NCBI GenBank assembly: GCA_041690175.1
Contig: JAWLHV010000004.1
Location: forward strand, 238,097 to 302,096
From: Dehalococcoidia bacterium
Lineage (GTDB): Bacteria; Chloroflexota; Dehalococcoidia; UBA2979
Reading direction: 5' to 3'
Length of the DNA: 64,000 bases
Under the pieces are notes generated by a model. That model saw only the letters and a program-made list of their open reading frames with translations, did not search any database and had not been told where the DNA came from. Position 1 is the first letter of the stretch, and every line of letters begins with the position of its first letter. Below, one piece after another: positions 1 to 9,672 of this stretch. A program made the position numbers and the translations under genes.

Positions 1-1
1 C

Positions 2-364
2 GGCGCCGCGGAGACGCGGCAGGCGCCGTGGGAGCGGTTCCGCGCCGGCTTCGACGAGTACCTCAACCACTCCATGGACCCCACCATCCAGCGCATCGCG
101 CTCATCGACGCTCCGGCGGTGCTCGGCTGGGAGCGGTGGCGGGAACTGGACTACACGCTGGACCTGCTCCAGAACGCGCTGCGCGGCCTGCAGGAGGTGG
201 GCGCCATCGCCGCCGAGCACCCCACGGACGAACTCGCGCATCTGCTGCGCGGCGTGGCCAACGAGGCGTCCCAGATGATCGCCTCTGCTGCTGACGCGCC
301 GGCCGAACGCCGCCGCGTGGGCGACGCCCTGGCCGCGATCCTTGAGGGCCTGCGGGTCTCCTGA
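2..364 (+). CDS. TetR/AcrR-family regulator, C-terminal part (truncated at window edge)
   Basis: Open frame from base 2; 'DPTIQRIALIDAPAVLGWERWRELD' is typical of a TetR C-terminal domain subfamily; HTH lies outside the window. Confidence 0.7.
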   Translation, partial: GAAETRQAPWERFRAGFDEYLNHSMDPTIQRIALIDAPAVLGWERWRELDYTLDLLQNALRGLQEVGAIAAEHPTDELAHLLRGVANEASQMIASAADAPAERRRVGDALAAILEGLRVS

Positions 365-457
365 CTGGCCGGGCTGGGCCAGCCCTCACCTGTTGACCCT
401 CACCCCCAGGCATTACGATGCCCCGGGCCGCCCTGGGCGGCGCGGAAGGAGTCCTGC

Positions 458-937
458 ATGCGACGCATCCTGAAGGTCCTGGCGGTCGTGGTCGCGTTCC
501 AGGCCGCGCTGTACGTGGCTGGCCTACTCGCGAAGGCCGTCCTGCGGCGGCAGGCGCCCGGCGCCCCGGACCCGCTGGCGGACGAGTTCGACCTGCTCAA
601 CATCATGGAGGGCACGGACTTCGCCTCTCGTGCCACGGCCCTGCGCGCCGGTACGGTGAAGAACGCCATGGGCGGCGTGGAACTGGACCTGACCGGGGCC
701 ACGCTGGCACCGGGCGGCGCCTACCTGCAGGTGCTCACGGTCATGGGCGGCACGGAGGTCACCGTCCCGCGCGGCTGGCGCGTGATCGTCCGAGGAAGCG
801 CCATGGCCGGCGCGCATGACCTGGACGTGACGCCAGAGGACGACCTGGACGAGAACTCGCCCACGCTCACCATCGACGCCACCACGGTGGCCGGTGGGCT
901 GGAGGTCAGCGCCGCCCCCTCGCCCGTCCCGGCCTGA
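458..937 (+). CDS. LiaF/DUF2154-like membrane-anchored protein
   Basis: N-terminal hydrophobic helix; repeated beta motifs 'MGGVELDLT', 'MGGTEVTVPRGWRV', 'AGGLEV'; GGAG RBS. Confidence 0.65.
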   Translation: MRRILKVLAVVVAFQAALYVAGLLAKAVLRRQAPGAPDPLADEFDLLNIMEGTDFASRATALRAGTVKNAMGGVELDLTGATLAPGGAYLQVLTVMGGTEVTVPRGWRVIVRGSAMAGAHDLDVTPEDDLDENSPTLTIDATTVAGGLEVSAAPSPVPA

Positions 938-958
938 GCCTGCGCTCTCCCGCGCGGG

Positions 959-2278
959 CTACTTCTTGAGGGCAACCTCGAAGGCCTTGGGGCCCCGGAA
1001 GAACGGGGTGTCCCACCACTCGATCTCGTCCTCCGGGGTGAGGGCGGAGAACTCCGACCAGCGGTCCAGCACGCCGTTGATGGCGCGTCCAGCCTCCAGC
1101 CGGGCGAGGTTCGCGCCCAGGCAGTAGTGGATGCCGTAGCCGAAGGCCAGGTGGTCTCGCGTGCCGGTCTGGCCGGCGAAGCGGTCCACGCGGAACTCGT
1201 CCGGCGCCTCGAACTTCGCGGGGTCGTGGTTGGCCGCGGCGTAGAGGATGAGCAGGGCGTCGCCCGCCTTCACCTGCACGCCGCCCACCTCCGCGTCCAC
1301 CAGCGCCCGGCGGTAGAACCCCTGGATGGGGGACTCCCAGCGCAGCGCCTCCTCCATCATGGGGCCGATGAGGCTGCGGTCCGCCCGCACCTTGCGCTGC
1401 AGGTCCAGGTCTTCCGAGAGCGCGCGCATGGTGTGGTTGATGAGGTTGGTGGTGGTCTCGTTGCCAGCGACCAGGAGCAGCACCAGGAACGCGATCAGTT
1501 CGTTGTCTGAAAGGTGCTCGCCGTCCACCTCCGCCTGCACCAGGCGAGTGATCAGGTCGTCGCGCGGGTTGGCCTTGCGGTCCTGGATCTGCATGTAGAA
1601 GTACATGAAGAGGCTGGGTTCAGCCTCGCCGGCGGCCACGCGCCGGCCGTACTCCTCCATCTCCGCGCGCACTTCCTCGTCCGAGCGGTTCGTGCGAGTG
1701 CTCTCCGGCGCCTGCTCGCCCACGGCCTCCGCGGCCGCCTCCAGCGTGTCGTACCCGTGCTCCGGCACCCGGCCGATGCTCTGGACGATCAGGTTGGACC
1801 AGTGCTTGAACTGCGCGTGCATGTGCGGCGGGATGCCGATGATCTCCGAGATCATCTGGACGGGGAGCGGGTAGGCCAGGTCGCCCACCACCTCCATGCG
1901 GCCGTCCGTGCGCCGCGCCACGGCGTCCAGCAGTTCGGTGATGTACTCGCGGATGCGGGGCTCCCACGCCTCCTCGATGGTGCGCGGGGTGAAGGCCTTG
2001 GAGACCAGCGAGCGCAGTTTGCGGTGGTCCGGCTCGTCCCGGTTGATCATGCTCGGGAACTCCGGGTGCTCGATCTGCGGGCCCCCGAAGACGGAGTTCT
2101 TGGAGGAGAAGCGCGCGGAGTCATCCAGGACGGCCTTCGCCTCGTTGTAGGACGTGACCAGCCAGGCACGGACCTCGTCACTCCACACGAGCGGCGCGTC
2201 GCTCCGCCACTGGTCGTAGTGCGGGTAAGGGCACTCCTTCATTTCCGGCGAGAACGGGTCGGTCTGGTAGGTAGTCAT
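959..2278 (-). CDS. Cytochrome P450
   Basis: I-helix AGNETT, ExxR (EALR), heme motif FGYGIHYCLG; GGAGG RBS before ATG at 2278. Confidence 0.95.
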   Translation of the reverse strand: MTTYQTDPFSPEMKECPYPHYDQWRSDAPLVWSDEVRAWLVTSYNEAKAVLDDSARFSSKNSVFGGPQIEHPEFPSMINRDEPDHRKLRSLVSKAFTPRTIEEAWEPRIREYITELLDAVARRTDGRMEVVGDLAYPLPVQMISEIIGIPPHMHAQFKHWSNLIVQSIGRVPEHGYDTLEAAAEAVGEQAPESTRTNRSDEEVRAEMEEYGRRVAAGEAEPSLFMYFYMQIQDRKANPRDDLITRLVQAEVDGEHLSDNELIAFLVLLLVAGNETTTNLINHTMRALSEDLDLQRKVRADRSLIGPMMEEALRWESPIQGFYRRALVDAEVGGVQVKAGDALLILYAAANHDPAKFEAPDEFRVDRFAGQTGTRDHLAFGYGIHYCLGANLARLEAGRAINGVLDRWSEFSALTPEDEIEWWDTPFFRGPKAFEVALKK

Positions 2279-2433
2279 GCCGCTGCCTCCGAGGGCCACG
2301 CTGGGGCTCACGCCGCGTCGAGAGACACGGCGATACATACAGGCTGTACGGACGTGATCCTACAACACCCGTCGTGCCCTCGTGCGGCGCGTGGCGTGTG
2401 CGATCGTGCCGGCGATCCGGCATGATGGCCCGC

Positions 2434-4419
2434 ATGTCAGACACCACCAACCCTCAGGCCGCCCCCTTCGACTACGCCTCTGTCACCGCGGACGCGGTGC
2501 AGCGCGGCACGGAGGACGCCATCGCCCGCTCGGATGCGGTGCTGGCGCAGATCGTCGCCGTGCCGTCGGGCGGGCGGACCTGGGCGAACACCATGCAGCC
2601 GCTGGACCAGGTGGCGAACATCCTGGGCCAGGCGGATGGCACGTGGGGCTTCATGGCCTACGTCCACCCGGACGAGGACCTGCGCGCCGTGGCCCTGGAG
2701 AACGAACAGCGGCTGGAGACCTACTCGACCGGCCTGGGCTTCCGTGAGGATCTCTACCGGGCCGTCCGCGAGGTCGCGGAGACCCCGGAGGCCGCCGCGC
2801 TGCAAGGCGCGGAGGCACGCCTGCTGGAGCGCACGCTGCGCGACTACCGTCGCAACGGCTTCGACCTCCCCGCGGAGCAGCGTGCGCGCGTGCAGGAGTT
2901 GAAGGAGCGCCTGGTCCGCCTGGGGGTTCAGTTCCGCCGCAACATCGACGAGTACGAGGACTTCCTGCTGCTCACGCGGGAGGAACTGGCCGGCATGCCG
3001 GACTCCTACGTGGAGCGCCTGCAGGTGGTGGAGACCAACCTGGGCCCGCGCCACCGTGTCTCCCTGGACTACCCGGAGATGTACCCCTTCCTGGAGGGTG
3101 CGGAGAGCGAGGACCTGCGCAAGGCGCTCTTCCTCAAGAACCACAACAAGGCCGCGGACGTGAACATGGACCTCCTGCACGAGGCCATCGCCATCCGCGA
3201 CGAGATCGCCTCGATCCTCGGGTACGCCTCGTGGGCGGCGTACGTGGTCGAGGTGAAGATGGCGAAGACGCCGGAGGCGGCGCAGGACTTTCTGGTGGAC
3301 CTGGAGCGCCGCGTACGCGTGAAGGCGAACCGGGACATCGAAGAGTTGCGCGACTCCAAGCGCCGCCACCTGGGCGACCCGGAGGCCGCGCTGCAGATCT
3401 GGGACTGGCGCTACTACCAGAAGCGCGTCCAGCAAGAACAGTTCGAGGTGGACCAGTTCGCCGTGGCGGAGTACTTCCCGCTGGAGGCGACGCTGGACGG
3501 CATGTTCCAGGTCTACCAGCAGTTGGTAGGCGTGCGCTTCGTCCCCGTTCAGGACACCCGGGCGTGGCACCCGGACGTCCACCTCTACCGTGTGGAGGAC
3601 GCGCAGGACGGCCACCACATCGGCCACTTCTACATGGACCTCCACCCGCGCACCGGCAAGTACGGCCACGCCGCCGCCTTCACACTCCGGCCGGGCCGCC
3701 GCACCGAGGACGGCTCCTACCAGGGCGCCGTGTCCTCGATCGTCGCGAACTTCACCAAGCCGGGGCCCGGTTCACCCAGCCTGCTCCGCCACTCCGAGGT
3801 GGAGACGCTGTTCCACGAGTTCGGCCACATCCTGCACCAGGTGATGACGCGTTCGCCCTACGTGCGCTTCAGCGGCACGGCCGTGGAGCGTGACTTCGTG
3901 GAGGCGCCCAGCCAGATGCTGGAGCACTGGGTTTGGCGGCCGGACATCCTCCGAGGCTTCGCGCGCCACGTCCAGACGGGCGAGCCGCTGCCGGAGGACC
4001 TGCTCGCGCGCATGATGGCGGCGAAGAACGTGGGCAGTGGCGTCCACTACCTGCGCCAGATCTACTTTGCGCGCCTGGACCTCGCCTACCACGGCCCCGG
4101 CCGAGAGAAGGACACGGACGGGCTGGCGCAGGAACTGCACCCGATCACGGGGTTCGACTTCGTCCCCGGGACGCACTTCCAGGCGGGCTTCGGCCACCTG
4201 TTCGGTTACGACGCGGGCTACTACGGCTACCTCTGGTCGCAGGTCTTCGGCGACGACATGTACACGCGCTTCGAGGAGGATCCCCAGGCCGGCCTCCAGT
4301 ACCGCAGCCTCATCCTTGAGGCGGGCGGCACGCGCGACGGCGACGAGATGCTGCGCGACTTCCTGGGCCGGGAGCCCCGGAACGAGGCGTTCCTGCGCGA
4401 GATCGGCCTCGAGGTCTAG
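2434..4419 (+). CDS. M3-family zinc metallopeptidase (thimet oligopeptidase-like)
   Basis: HEFGH zinc motif, DFVEAPSQMLE, GYDAGYYGYLWS. Confidence 0.95.
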   Translation: MSDTTNPQAAPFDYASVTADAVQRGTEDAIARSDAVLAQIVAVPSGGRTWANTMQPLDQVANILGQADGTWGFMAYVHPDEDLRAVALENEQRLETYSTGLGFREDLYRAVREVAETPEAAALQGAEARLLERTLRDYRRNGFDLPAEQRARVQELKERLVRLGVQFRRNIDEYEDFLLLTREELAGMPDSYVERLQVVETNLGPRHRVSLDYPEMYPFLEGAESEDLRKALFLKNHNKAADVNMDLLHEAIAIRDEIASILGYASWAAYVVEVKMAKTPEAAQDFLVDLERRVRVKANRDIEELRDSKRRHLGDPEAALQIWDWRYYQKRVQQEQFEVDQFAVAEYFPLEATLDGMFQVYQQLVGVRFVPVQDTRAWHPDVHLYRVEDAQDGHHIGHFYMDLHPRTGKYGHAAAFTLRPGRRTEDGSYQGAVSSIVANFTKPGPGSPSLLRHSEVETLFHEFGHILHQVMTRSPYVRFSGTAVERDFVEAPSQMLEHWVWRPDILRGFARHVQTGEPLPEDLLARMMAAKNVGSGVHYLRQIYFARLDLAYHGPGREKDTDGLAQELHPITGFDFVPGTHFQAGFGHLFGYDAGYYGYLWSQVFGDDMYTRFEEDPQAGLQYRSLILEAGGTRDGDEMLRDFLGREPRNEAFLREIGLEV

Positions 4420-4443
4420 CACGGCGTCCGGCCGGCGCAGAGA

Positions 4444-4472
4444 CCCCCACCCCCCCTCAAGGGGGGAGGGGG
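4444..4472. terminator. C/G-tract hairpin between convergent genes (terminator or REP-like)
   Basis: CCCCCACCCCCCC-TCAA-GGGGGGAGGGGG imperfect inverted repeat. Confidence 0.5.
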
Positions 4473-4504
4473 CCAGAGAGAAGGCCGCTCACTCTGAGGC
4501 CGCC

Positions 4505-4547
4505 CTACCCGCTCACCCTGAGCCTGTCGAAGGGCGACCGCGGGTAG
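4505..4547. repeat. REP-like palindromic element
   Basis: CTACCCGC/GCGGGTAG stem enclosing the core CCCTGAGCCTGTCGAAGGG, recalled as a dispersed intergenic repeat; one copy seen in the window. Confidence 0.55.
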
Positions 4548-4565
4548 CCGCGGAGTGGCGTGCGG

Positions 4566-4778
4566 CTACTTCACCTCAAGCGTGGCGAGCAGGCGGCGGG
4601 TGGTGGCGGAGATGTCAGCCACCGCGGCCTCAAAGACCTCCGCGTTGTGGGCGGCCGGCTTCTGGAACCCGCTGACCTTGCGGACGAACTGCAGCGCCGC
4701 GGCCTCGACCTCCTCGGGTGTGGGCGGGGCGTCCTCGCTGCCCTTGGTGGGGCGCAGGCGCTTGATCGAGCGGCACAT
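4566..4778 (-). CDS. DUF2277-family small protein
   Basis: MCRSIKRLR...EEVEAAALQFVRKVSGF signature; GGAGG RBS. Confidence 0.85.
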   Translation of the reverse strand: MCRSIKRLRPTKGSEDAPPTPEEVEAAALQFVRKVSGFQKPAAHNAEVFEAAVADISATTRRLLATLEVK

Positions 4779-4829
4779 GTGCGGACCTCCGGGCTAGTGC
4801 GCGGCTACGGAAAGGGCCAGGTGGACAGG

Positions 4830-6089
4830 TTAGTCCACCCGCACCCGCAGGGTGTCCAGCCCTCGCAGCACCACGTTAGGGCGGAACCTCGCCTCGCCTG
4901 CGGCGCGCAAGTTGGGCCACCGCTCCAGCATGCGGGGGAAGAGCATCTGCGCCTCCAGCCGTGCGAGGGGCGCGCCCACGCAGTAGTGGATGCCGCGGCC
5001 GAAGGACACGTGGCCCTTGTCGCCGCGGGAGAGGTCGAACTCGCCGGGGCGGTCCCACTCCTGTGGGTCGTGGTTGGACGCCCCCTGCAGCAGCACCACC
5101 TGCGAGCCGGCCTTGATCCGCTTGCCGCCGATCTCCACGTCCACCAGCGTCCGCCGCCCGTTGATCTGTACCGGGCTGTCGAAGCGCAGCATCTCCTCCA
5201 CGGCCACGTCCACCTGCTCCGGGTGCTCGCGCAGCCAGCGCATCTGGTCCGGGTGCCGCAGCAGCGCCAGCGTGCCGTTGCCGATGAGGTTCGTGGTGGT
5301 CTCATTGCCGGCGACCAGCAGCAGCACCAGCGTGGCGATCAGTTCCTCGTGTGTGAGTCTGTCGCCGGCGTCCTCCGCCTGGGTCAGGGAGGTGATGAGG
5401 TCGTCCCGCGGTTCCGCGCGGCGCTCGTCGATGATGGCGCTGAAGTACTCGCCCAGTTCCTCGCGGGCACGCTGGGCGCGCTCCAGTTCGGCGCGCGTCA
5501 GCGAGGGCTCCAGCGTCTTGGCGATGGCGTCCGACCACTCCTTGAACTTCGGCAGGTCCACGGGCGGCACGCCCAGGATCTCCGCGATCACCACCACCGG
5601 CAGCGGGACGGCGATCGCCTGCATCAGGTCGAACTCGGCGGACTCGCCGATCTGCGCGAACAGGTCGTCGATGACTGCCTGGATGCGGTCGCGCCAGCCG
5701 GCGATGGCCCGCGGGGTGAACGCCTGCGTCACCAGTGACCGCATGCGCGTGTGATCCGGCGGGTCGAGGTTGAGCATGCTCGGCGTGACGTGCTCCAGCG
5801 CCTCGAGCGCCTCCGGGTTGGCGCCGCGTCGAGGGTCGTTGGAGAAGCGCTGGTGGTCGCGCAGGACGGCGTCCACGTCCTCGTGCCGCGAGACCACCCA
5901 GCCGCGCACCAGTTCCGAGTAGTGGACGGGATCCTTCTCGCGCAGGCGTTCGAAGAGCGGGACGGGATTGTCACGCCACTCGGCGGAGAGCGGGTTGAAG
6001 GTCACGCCGCTCTGCACGCGCTCCTTGGCCAGGAGGCCCTTCACCACCACGGGCCGCACCGCCCGCGCCACCGTCTGCTTCACTCCCAT
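4830..6089 (-). CDS. Cytochrome P450
   Basis: AGNETT, EMLR, FGRGIHYCVG. Confidence 0.95.
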   Translation of the reverse strand: MGVKQTVARAVRPVVVKGLLAKERVQSGVTFNPLSAEWRDNPVPLFERLREKDPVHYSELVRGWVVSRHEDVDAVLRDHQRFSNDPRRGANPEALEALEHVTPSMLNLDPPDHTRMRSLVTQAFTPRAIAGWRDRIQAVIDDLFAQIGESAEFDLMQAIAVPLPVVVIAEILGVPPVDLPKFKEWSDAIAKTLEPSLTRAELERAQRAREELGEYFSAIIDERRAEPRDDLITSLTQAEDAGDRLTHEELIATLVLLLVAGNETTTNLIGNGTLALLRHPDQMRWLREHPEQVDVAVEEMLRFDSPVQINGRRTLVDVEIGGKRIKAGSQVVLLQGASNHDPQEWDRPGEFDLSRGDKGHVSFGRGIHYCVGAPLARLEAQMLFPRMLERWPNLRAAGEARFRPNVVLRGLDTLRVRVD

Positions 6090-6262
6090 GGCTCCGCCTC
6101 CGTCCTCCTCGGCACCCCTGGTGCCTCGAGGAGAAACGTTCACGCCGCGAGAAAGACATGCAGATTGTACGGCGCGCGGGCGCCCTCGCGCGTGCGGCCC
6201 GCCCGTACACTGGCCCCTCGCCCGCCGCGGTGAGCGGGCCGGAGCGCCGTCCGGAGGCCGCC

Positions 6263-7174
6263 ATGCGCGTGGGGATCTCGATGTCCAGTTCGCACCGAGT
6301 GGACGATGCCGGGGAGGGCGCTCGCTGGATGGTGGAGCGCGCGGCGGCCGCGCGGGATGCGGACCTGGACTCGCTGTTCGTGGGCGACCACCACGTCACG
6401 GGGCCCGGGAAGTACTACCAGAACGTCCCGATGATGGGCCGCATCCTGGCCGAGTGGCGGGGGCGGCCGGCCGGCTGCCTCTTCCTGCTTCCGCTCTGGC
6501 ACCCCGTGCTCCTGGCGGAGCAGATCGGCACGCTGGCCAGCATCCATGACGGCAAGTTCATCATGCAGTGCGCGGTGGGCCCCGCGGACGTGCAGTTCTC
6601 TGGCATGGGCGTCGACCCGCGCTACCGCCCCTCGATGTTCGAGGAGTCCCTGGACCTGATGCGCCGCCTGTGGGCCGGCGAGACCGTGAGCGGCTCGCGG
6701 CGCTTCGACTTCACGGACGCGCGCATCGCCCCGCTGCCGACCGAGGGCGTCGAGGTGTGGATCGGCGGCGAGGTGGATGCCGCGCTGGAGCGCGCCGCGC
6801 GCCTCGGCGACGGCTGGCTCGCCGCGCCCGGCGTCTCCCTGGAGGAGGCCGCGGGCATGGCCACGCGCTTCCTGCAGCACCGCGCCGTGCTGGACGAGCC
6901 CGCGGTGGTCGCCTTCCGTCGAGACGTCTACATCGGCGAGTCGGACGAGGAAGCGGAGCGCGTGGCCGGCCCCATCGTGGAGCGCGGCTACCGCGGCTTC
7001 GCGCCGGGCGTGGCGATCTACGGCTCCGCGGAGACCGTCGCCCGCCGCCTGCGCGCCTTTGCCGGCCACGGCTTCTCGGAGGTGCTCATCCGCAACCTGG
7101 TGCCGGACCAGGCGCTGACGCTGAAGAGCATCGAGCGCGCCGGCCGCGTGCGGGAGTTGCTGGCGGACGCCTGA
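6263..7174 (+). CDS. LLM-class flavin-dependent oxidoreductase
   Basis: LFVGDHH, HPVLLAEQIGTL, VWIGG...ALERAARLGDGW; GGAGG RBS. Confidence 0.9.
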   Translation: MRVGISMSSSHRVDDAGEGARWMVERAAAARDADLDSLFVGDHHVTGPGKYYQNVPMMGRILAEWRGRPAGCLFLLPLWHPVLLAEQIGTLASIHDGKFIMQCAVGPADVQFSGMGVDPRYRPSMFEESLDLMRRLWAGETVSGSRRFDFTDARIAPLPTEGVEVWIGGEVDAALERAARLGDGWLAAPGVSLEEAAGMATRFLQHRAVLDEPAVVAFRRDVYIGESDEEAERVAGPIVERGYRGFAPGVAIYGSAETVARRLRAFAGHGFSEVLIRNLVPDQALTLKSIERAGRVRELLADA

Positions 7175-7275
7175 CCCGCCTCGACGCCCTCGGCGCGTCG
7201 AGGGCACTCGCGGGCGCTATGCTGCCGCCGGAGCGCGCGGACGTGGGGCGCGTCGGTGCTGGAGGAGGTCCTGGG

Positions 7276-8076
7276 ATGGCGTACGAACAACTGACGCTGG
7301 AGCGGCACGGGCACGTGGCGGTGGTCACCCTCAACCGGCCGGAGACGCTGAACGCGCTCAACCGCGACCTGCAGGAGGAGACGCGCGCCGCCTGCGCCGA
7401 GGTGGAGGGCGACGACGACCTACGCGTGATGATCGTCACCGGCACCGGCCGCGGCTTCTCCGCCGGCGCGGACCTCTCCGGCGGCCGCCGTCCCGCACCA
7501 GACGAGGTGCCCCCGCAGGAGCAGCGCCTGGACACCCTCACCTGGGTGGGCAAGCAGGCCGTGGCCTTCTACCGCATGAGCAAGCCGACCATCGCCGCGG
7601 TGAACGGCGTGGCCGCGGGGGCCGGCATGAGCCTGGCGCTGGCCTGTGACCTGCGCGTCGGCACGCCCCGCTCGCGCTTCAAGACGGTCTTCGCGGAGCG
7701 CTCGCTCTCGCCGGACTCCGGCATGTCCTGGTTCCTCCCGCGCATCGTCGGCTACTCGCGGGCGATGGACCTCATCGCCACCAGCCGCAGCGTGGACGCG
7801 GACGAGGCGTACCGCATCGGCCTGCTGGACCGCCTGGTGCCGGAGGAGGAGTTGCTGGACGCCTCCCTGGAGGTCGCGAATCAGATGGCGGCACTGCCGC
7901 CCATGGCGATCCGCTCAGGCAAGCGCGTGGTGCAGTGGAACCTGACCGTGGACCTGGAGACCGCACTCCGCAACGAACTCCACGGCCTGGACTACGCCCG
8001 CAAGGCCCCCCACGACGTCGCCGAGTCCCGCGCGTCCTGGGTGGAGAAGCGCGCCCCGGAGTTCACAGGGAGGTAG
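7276..8076 (+). CDS. Enoyl-CoA hydratase/isomerase (PaaG-like)
   Basis: TLNRPETLNAL, FSAGADL, GAGMSLALACD, LSPDSG with Asp as in PaaG-type isomerases. Confidence 0.9.
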   Translation: MAYEQLTLERHGHVAVVTLNRPETLNALNRDLQEETRAACAEVEGDDDLRVMIVTGTGRGFSAGADLSGGRRPAPDEVPPQEQRLDTLTWVGKQAVAFYRMSKPTIAAVNGVAAGAGMSLALACDLRVGTPRSRFKTVFAERSLSPDSGMSWFLPRIVGYSRAMDLIATSRSVDADEAYRIGLLDRLVPEEELLDASLEVANQMAALPPMAIRSGKRVVQWNLTVDLETALRNELHGLDYARKAPHDVAESRASWVEKRAPEFTGR

Positions 8077-8077
8077 G

Positions 8078-9643
8078 TCAGTCGTCGAACGGCGGTCGCT
8101 CCAGCCCTTCCTCGAATACCCCCGCGACCGAAAGGCCGTTGGCGCAACCCGAATACCAGAAGTCTGTGGTCGCAAACGCCAGGCGTCCGTCCTCCAGGAG
8201 GGGGAGACGGTCGTCACCGTTGCGCAGAGGCTGCCAGGGCACGCCCGACGCAAGCGGCACTCCGACCTTCGTGGGTGTGGGGCTGAGTAGCCTGACGAAC
8301 CGATGCACGCTGGGCTCGCGGAGGTCGGTGACCTCGCCGGCCGTCGAGACCGCGAATGACCCTATGCCGATGTGGTCCGCGTCAAGCCAGCGCTCCCCGG
8401 AGCAGCCCCAGCCCTGCGATGCTGAATCGACGAAGGCCGAACTGCGAGTCGCGAACCGCCACAGCAATTCGCCCTGGCCGCCGAACATGTAGGCGAGGTC
8501 AGCCCCGTCCACTGACTGCGCGTTGACGTAGAGGTGCGCGTCGTCCGGCGACCAGCGTGGGTTTCCGTGAAATCCTCCTGCCTGTTCCCAGAGCAGCACT
8601 CCGCCTCGGTCAACAACGCGGACTCGATCCGCTGATACGACCGCAAGGCGATTGCTGTCGTGCGACCATCTCAGGGAAATCGATGTGCCGGCCGGAACGT
8701 CGAATCGGTTCACCTGTCCGCTCGGGCTCATTGCTGGGTAGGAGGCTGTAGTACCCCCTCGCGCGGTGATGCCGACAAGGGCACGATCGTCTTCGATGCT
8801 CTGGCCGAAGGCTACGGCCGATCCGTCAGGAGACCAGGCCGCTACTACCGGTCGGGCGGGGGCCGCGCGCCATCCGCCCAAGCCTGCAGGTGCCCCGCTC
8901 GGCGCATAAACCTGGTAGAGAAAGCCATCGTCGCTGGCCACGAATCCGGCGTCCCCGGGCCCGAACGCGATTGGCAGATGCCTCCCGCCCATGGCGTGAG
9001 TGCTCTCCGTCCTGGTGTCGAGGAGAAACCGCGTTACTCCGTCTGACCAGACGATGTAGTCCCCGCTCGGCGGTACCCCGAACTCGCCCTGGTGGTTCGG
9101 GAACACCCAGGCGGTGGCCGCCATTGTTGGGAGGTCCACGAAGACCACGGCCGGCCAGACGTCGATCGCCTCGCCCGGCGCGAAGTCGACGCGGTACGGG
9201 CTCCCACTGGCCGCGCGGGGAGCGGCCGCCACCGGCGTCTCCTCCGTCGCCGCTGGCACCGGCGAACTGGCGGCGCCACCTGCCGCCCCGCCCCGCCCGC
9301 CATCGAGGGCAACCCACACCATCGCGACGAGCGCGAGCACGGCGGCAGAGGGCGCCGCGATCCGCAGCCACGGAGCGGCGAGGCCGAACCGTCCGAGTGC
9401 CCTCGATGTCACGGGGGCAGGCTCGCCGTCCCACGCTGCCAGGGCATGACGGTCTGGCAGGTCGAGTTTGCCGAGCATGCTGGAGACGTGTGTGCGGACG
9501 GTGTTCACGCTGACACCCAGGTCAGCGGCAATCTCCGCGTTCTGCCGGCCCTCGCGGACACCCTCCAGGACGCGCCACTCGGCGGGGGTGAGGATGTCGG
9601 GATGCGGTGGGCGGCCACGGCCGCGGCGGGTGAACCAGTCCAT
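8078..9643 (-). CDS. LuxR-type HTH + transmembrane helix + TolB/WD40-like beta-propeller protein
   Basis: LTPAEWRVL...NAEIAADLGVSVNTVRTHVSSMLGKL; hydrophobic AAVLALVAMVWVAL; repeats WSPDG, WSHDS, WSPDD. Confidence 0.8.
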   Translation of the reverse strand: MDWFTRRGRGRPPHPDILTPAEWRVLEGVREGRQNAEIAADLGVSVNTVRTHVSSMLGKLDLPDRHALAAWDGEPAPVTSRALGRFGLAAPWLRIAAPSAAVLALVAMVWVALDGGRGGAAGGAASSPVPAATEETPVAAAPRAASGSPYRVDFAPGEAIDVWPAVVFVDLPTMAATAWVFPNHQGEFGVPPSGDYIVWSDGVTRFLLDTRTESTHAMGGRHLPIAFGPGDAGFVASDDGFLYQVYAPSGAPAGLGGWRAAPARPVVAAWSPDGSAVAFGQSIEDDRALVGITARGGTTASYPAMSPSGQVNRFDVPAGTSISLRWSHDSNRLAVVSADRVRVVDRGGVLLWEQAGGFHGNPRWSPDDAHLYVNAQSVDGADLAYMFGGQGELLWRFATRSSAFVDSASQGWGCSGERWLDADHIGIGSFAVSTAGEVTDLREPSVHRFVRLLSPTPTKVGVPLASGVPWQPLRNGDDRLPLLEDGRLAFATTDFWYSGCANGLSVAGVFEEGLERPPFDD

Positions 9644-9672
9644 GGGCCGAGGCTACCCCGGCCGGCCCCGAT

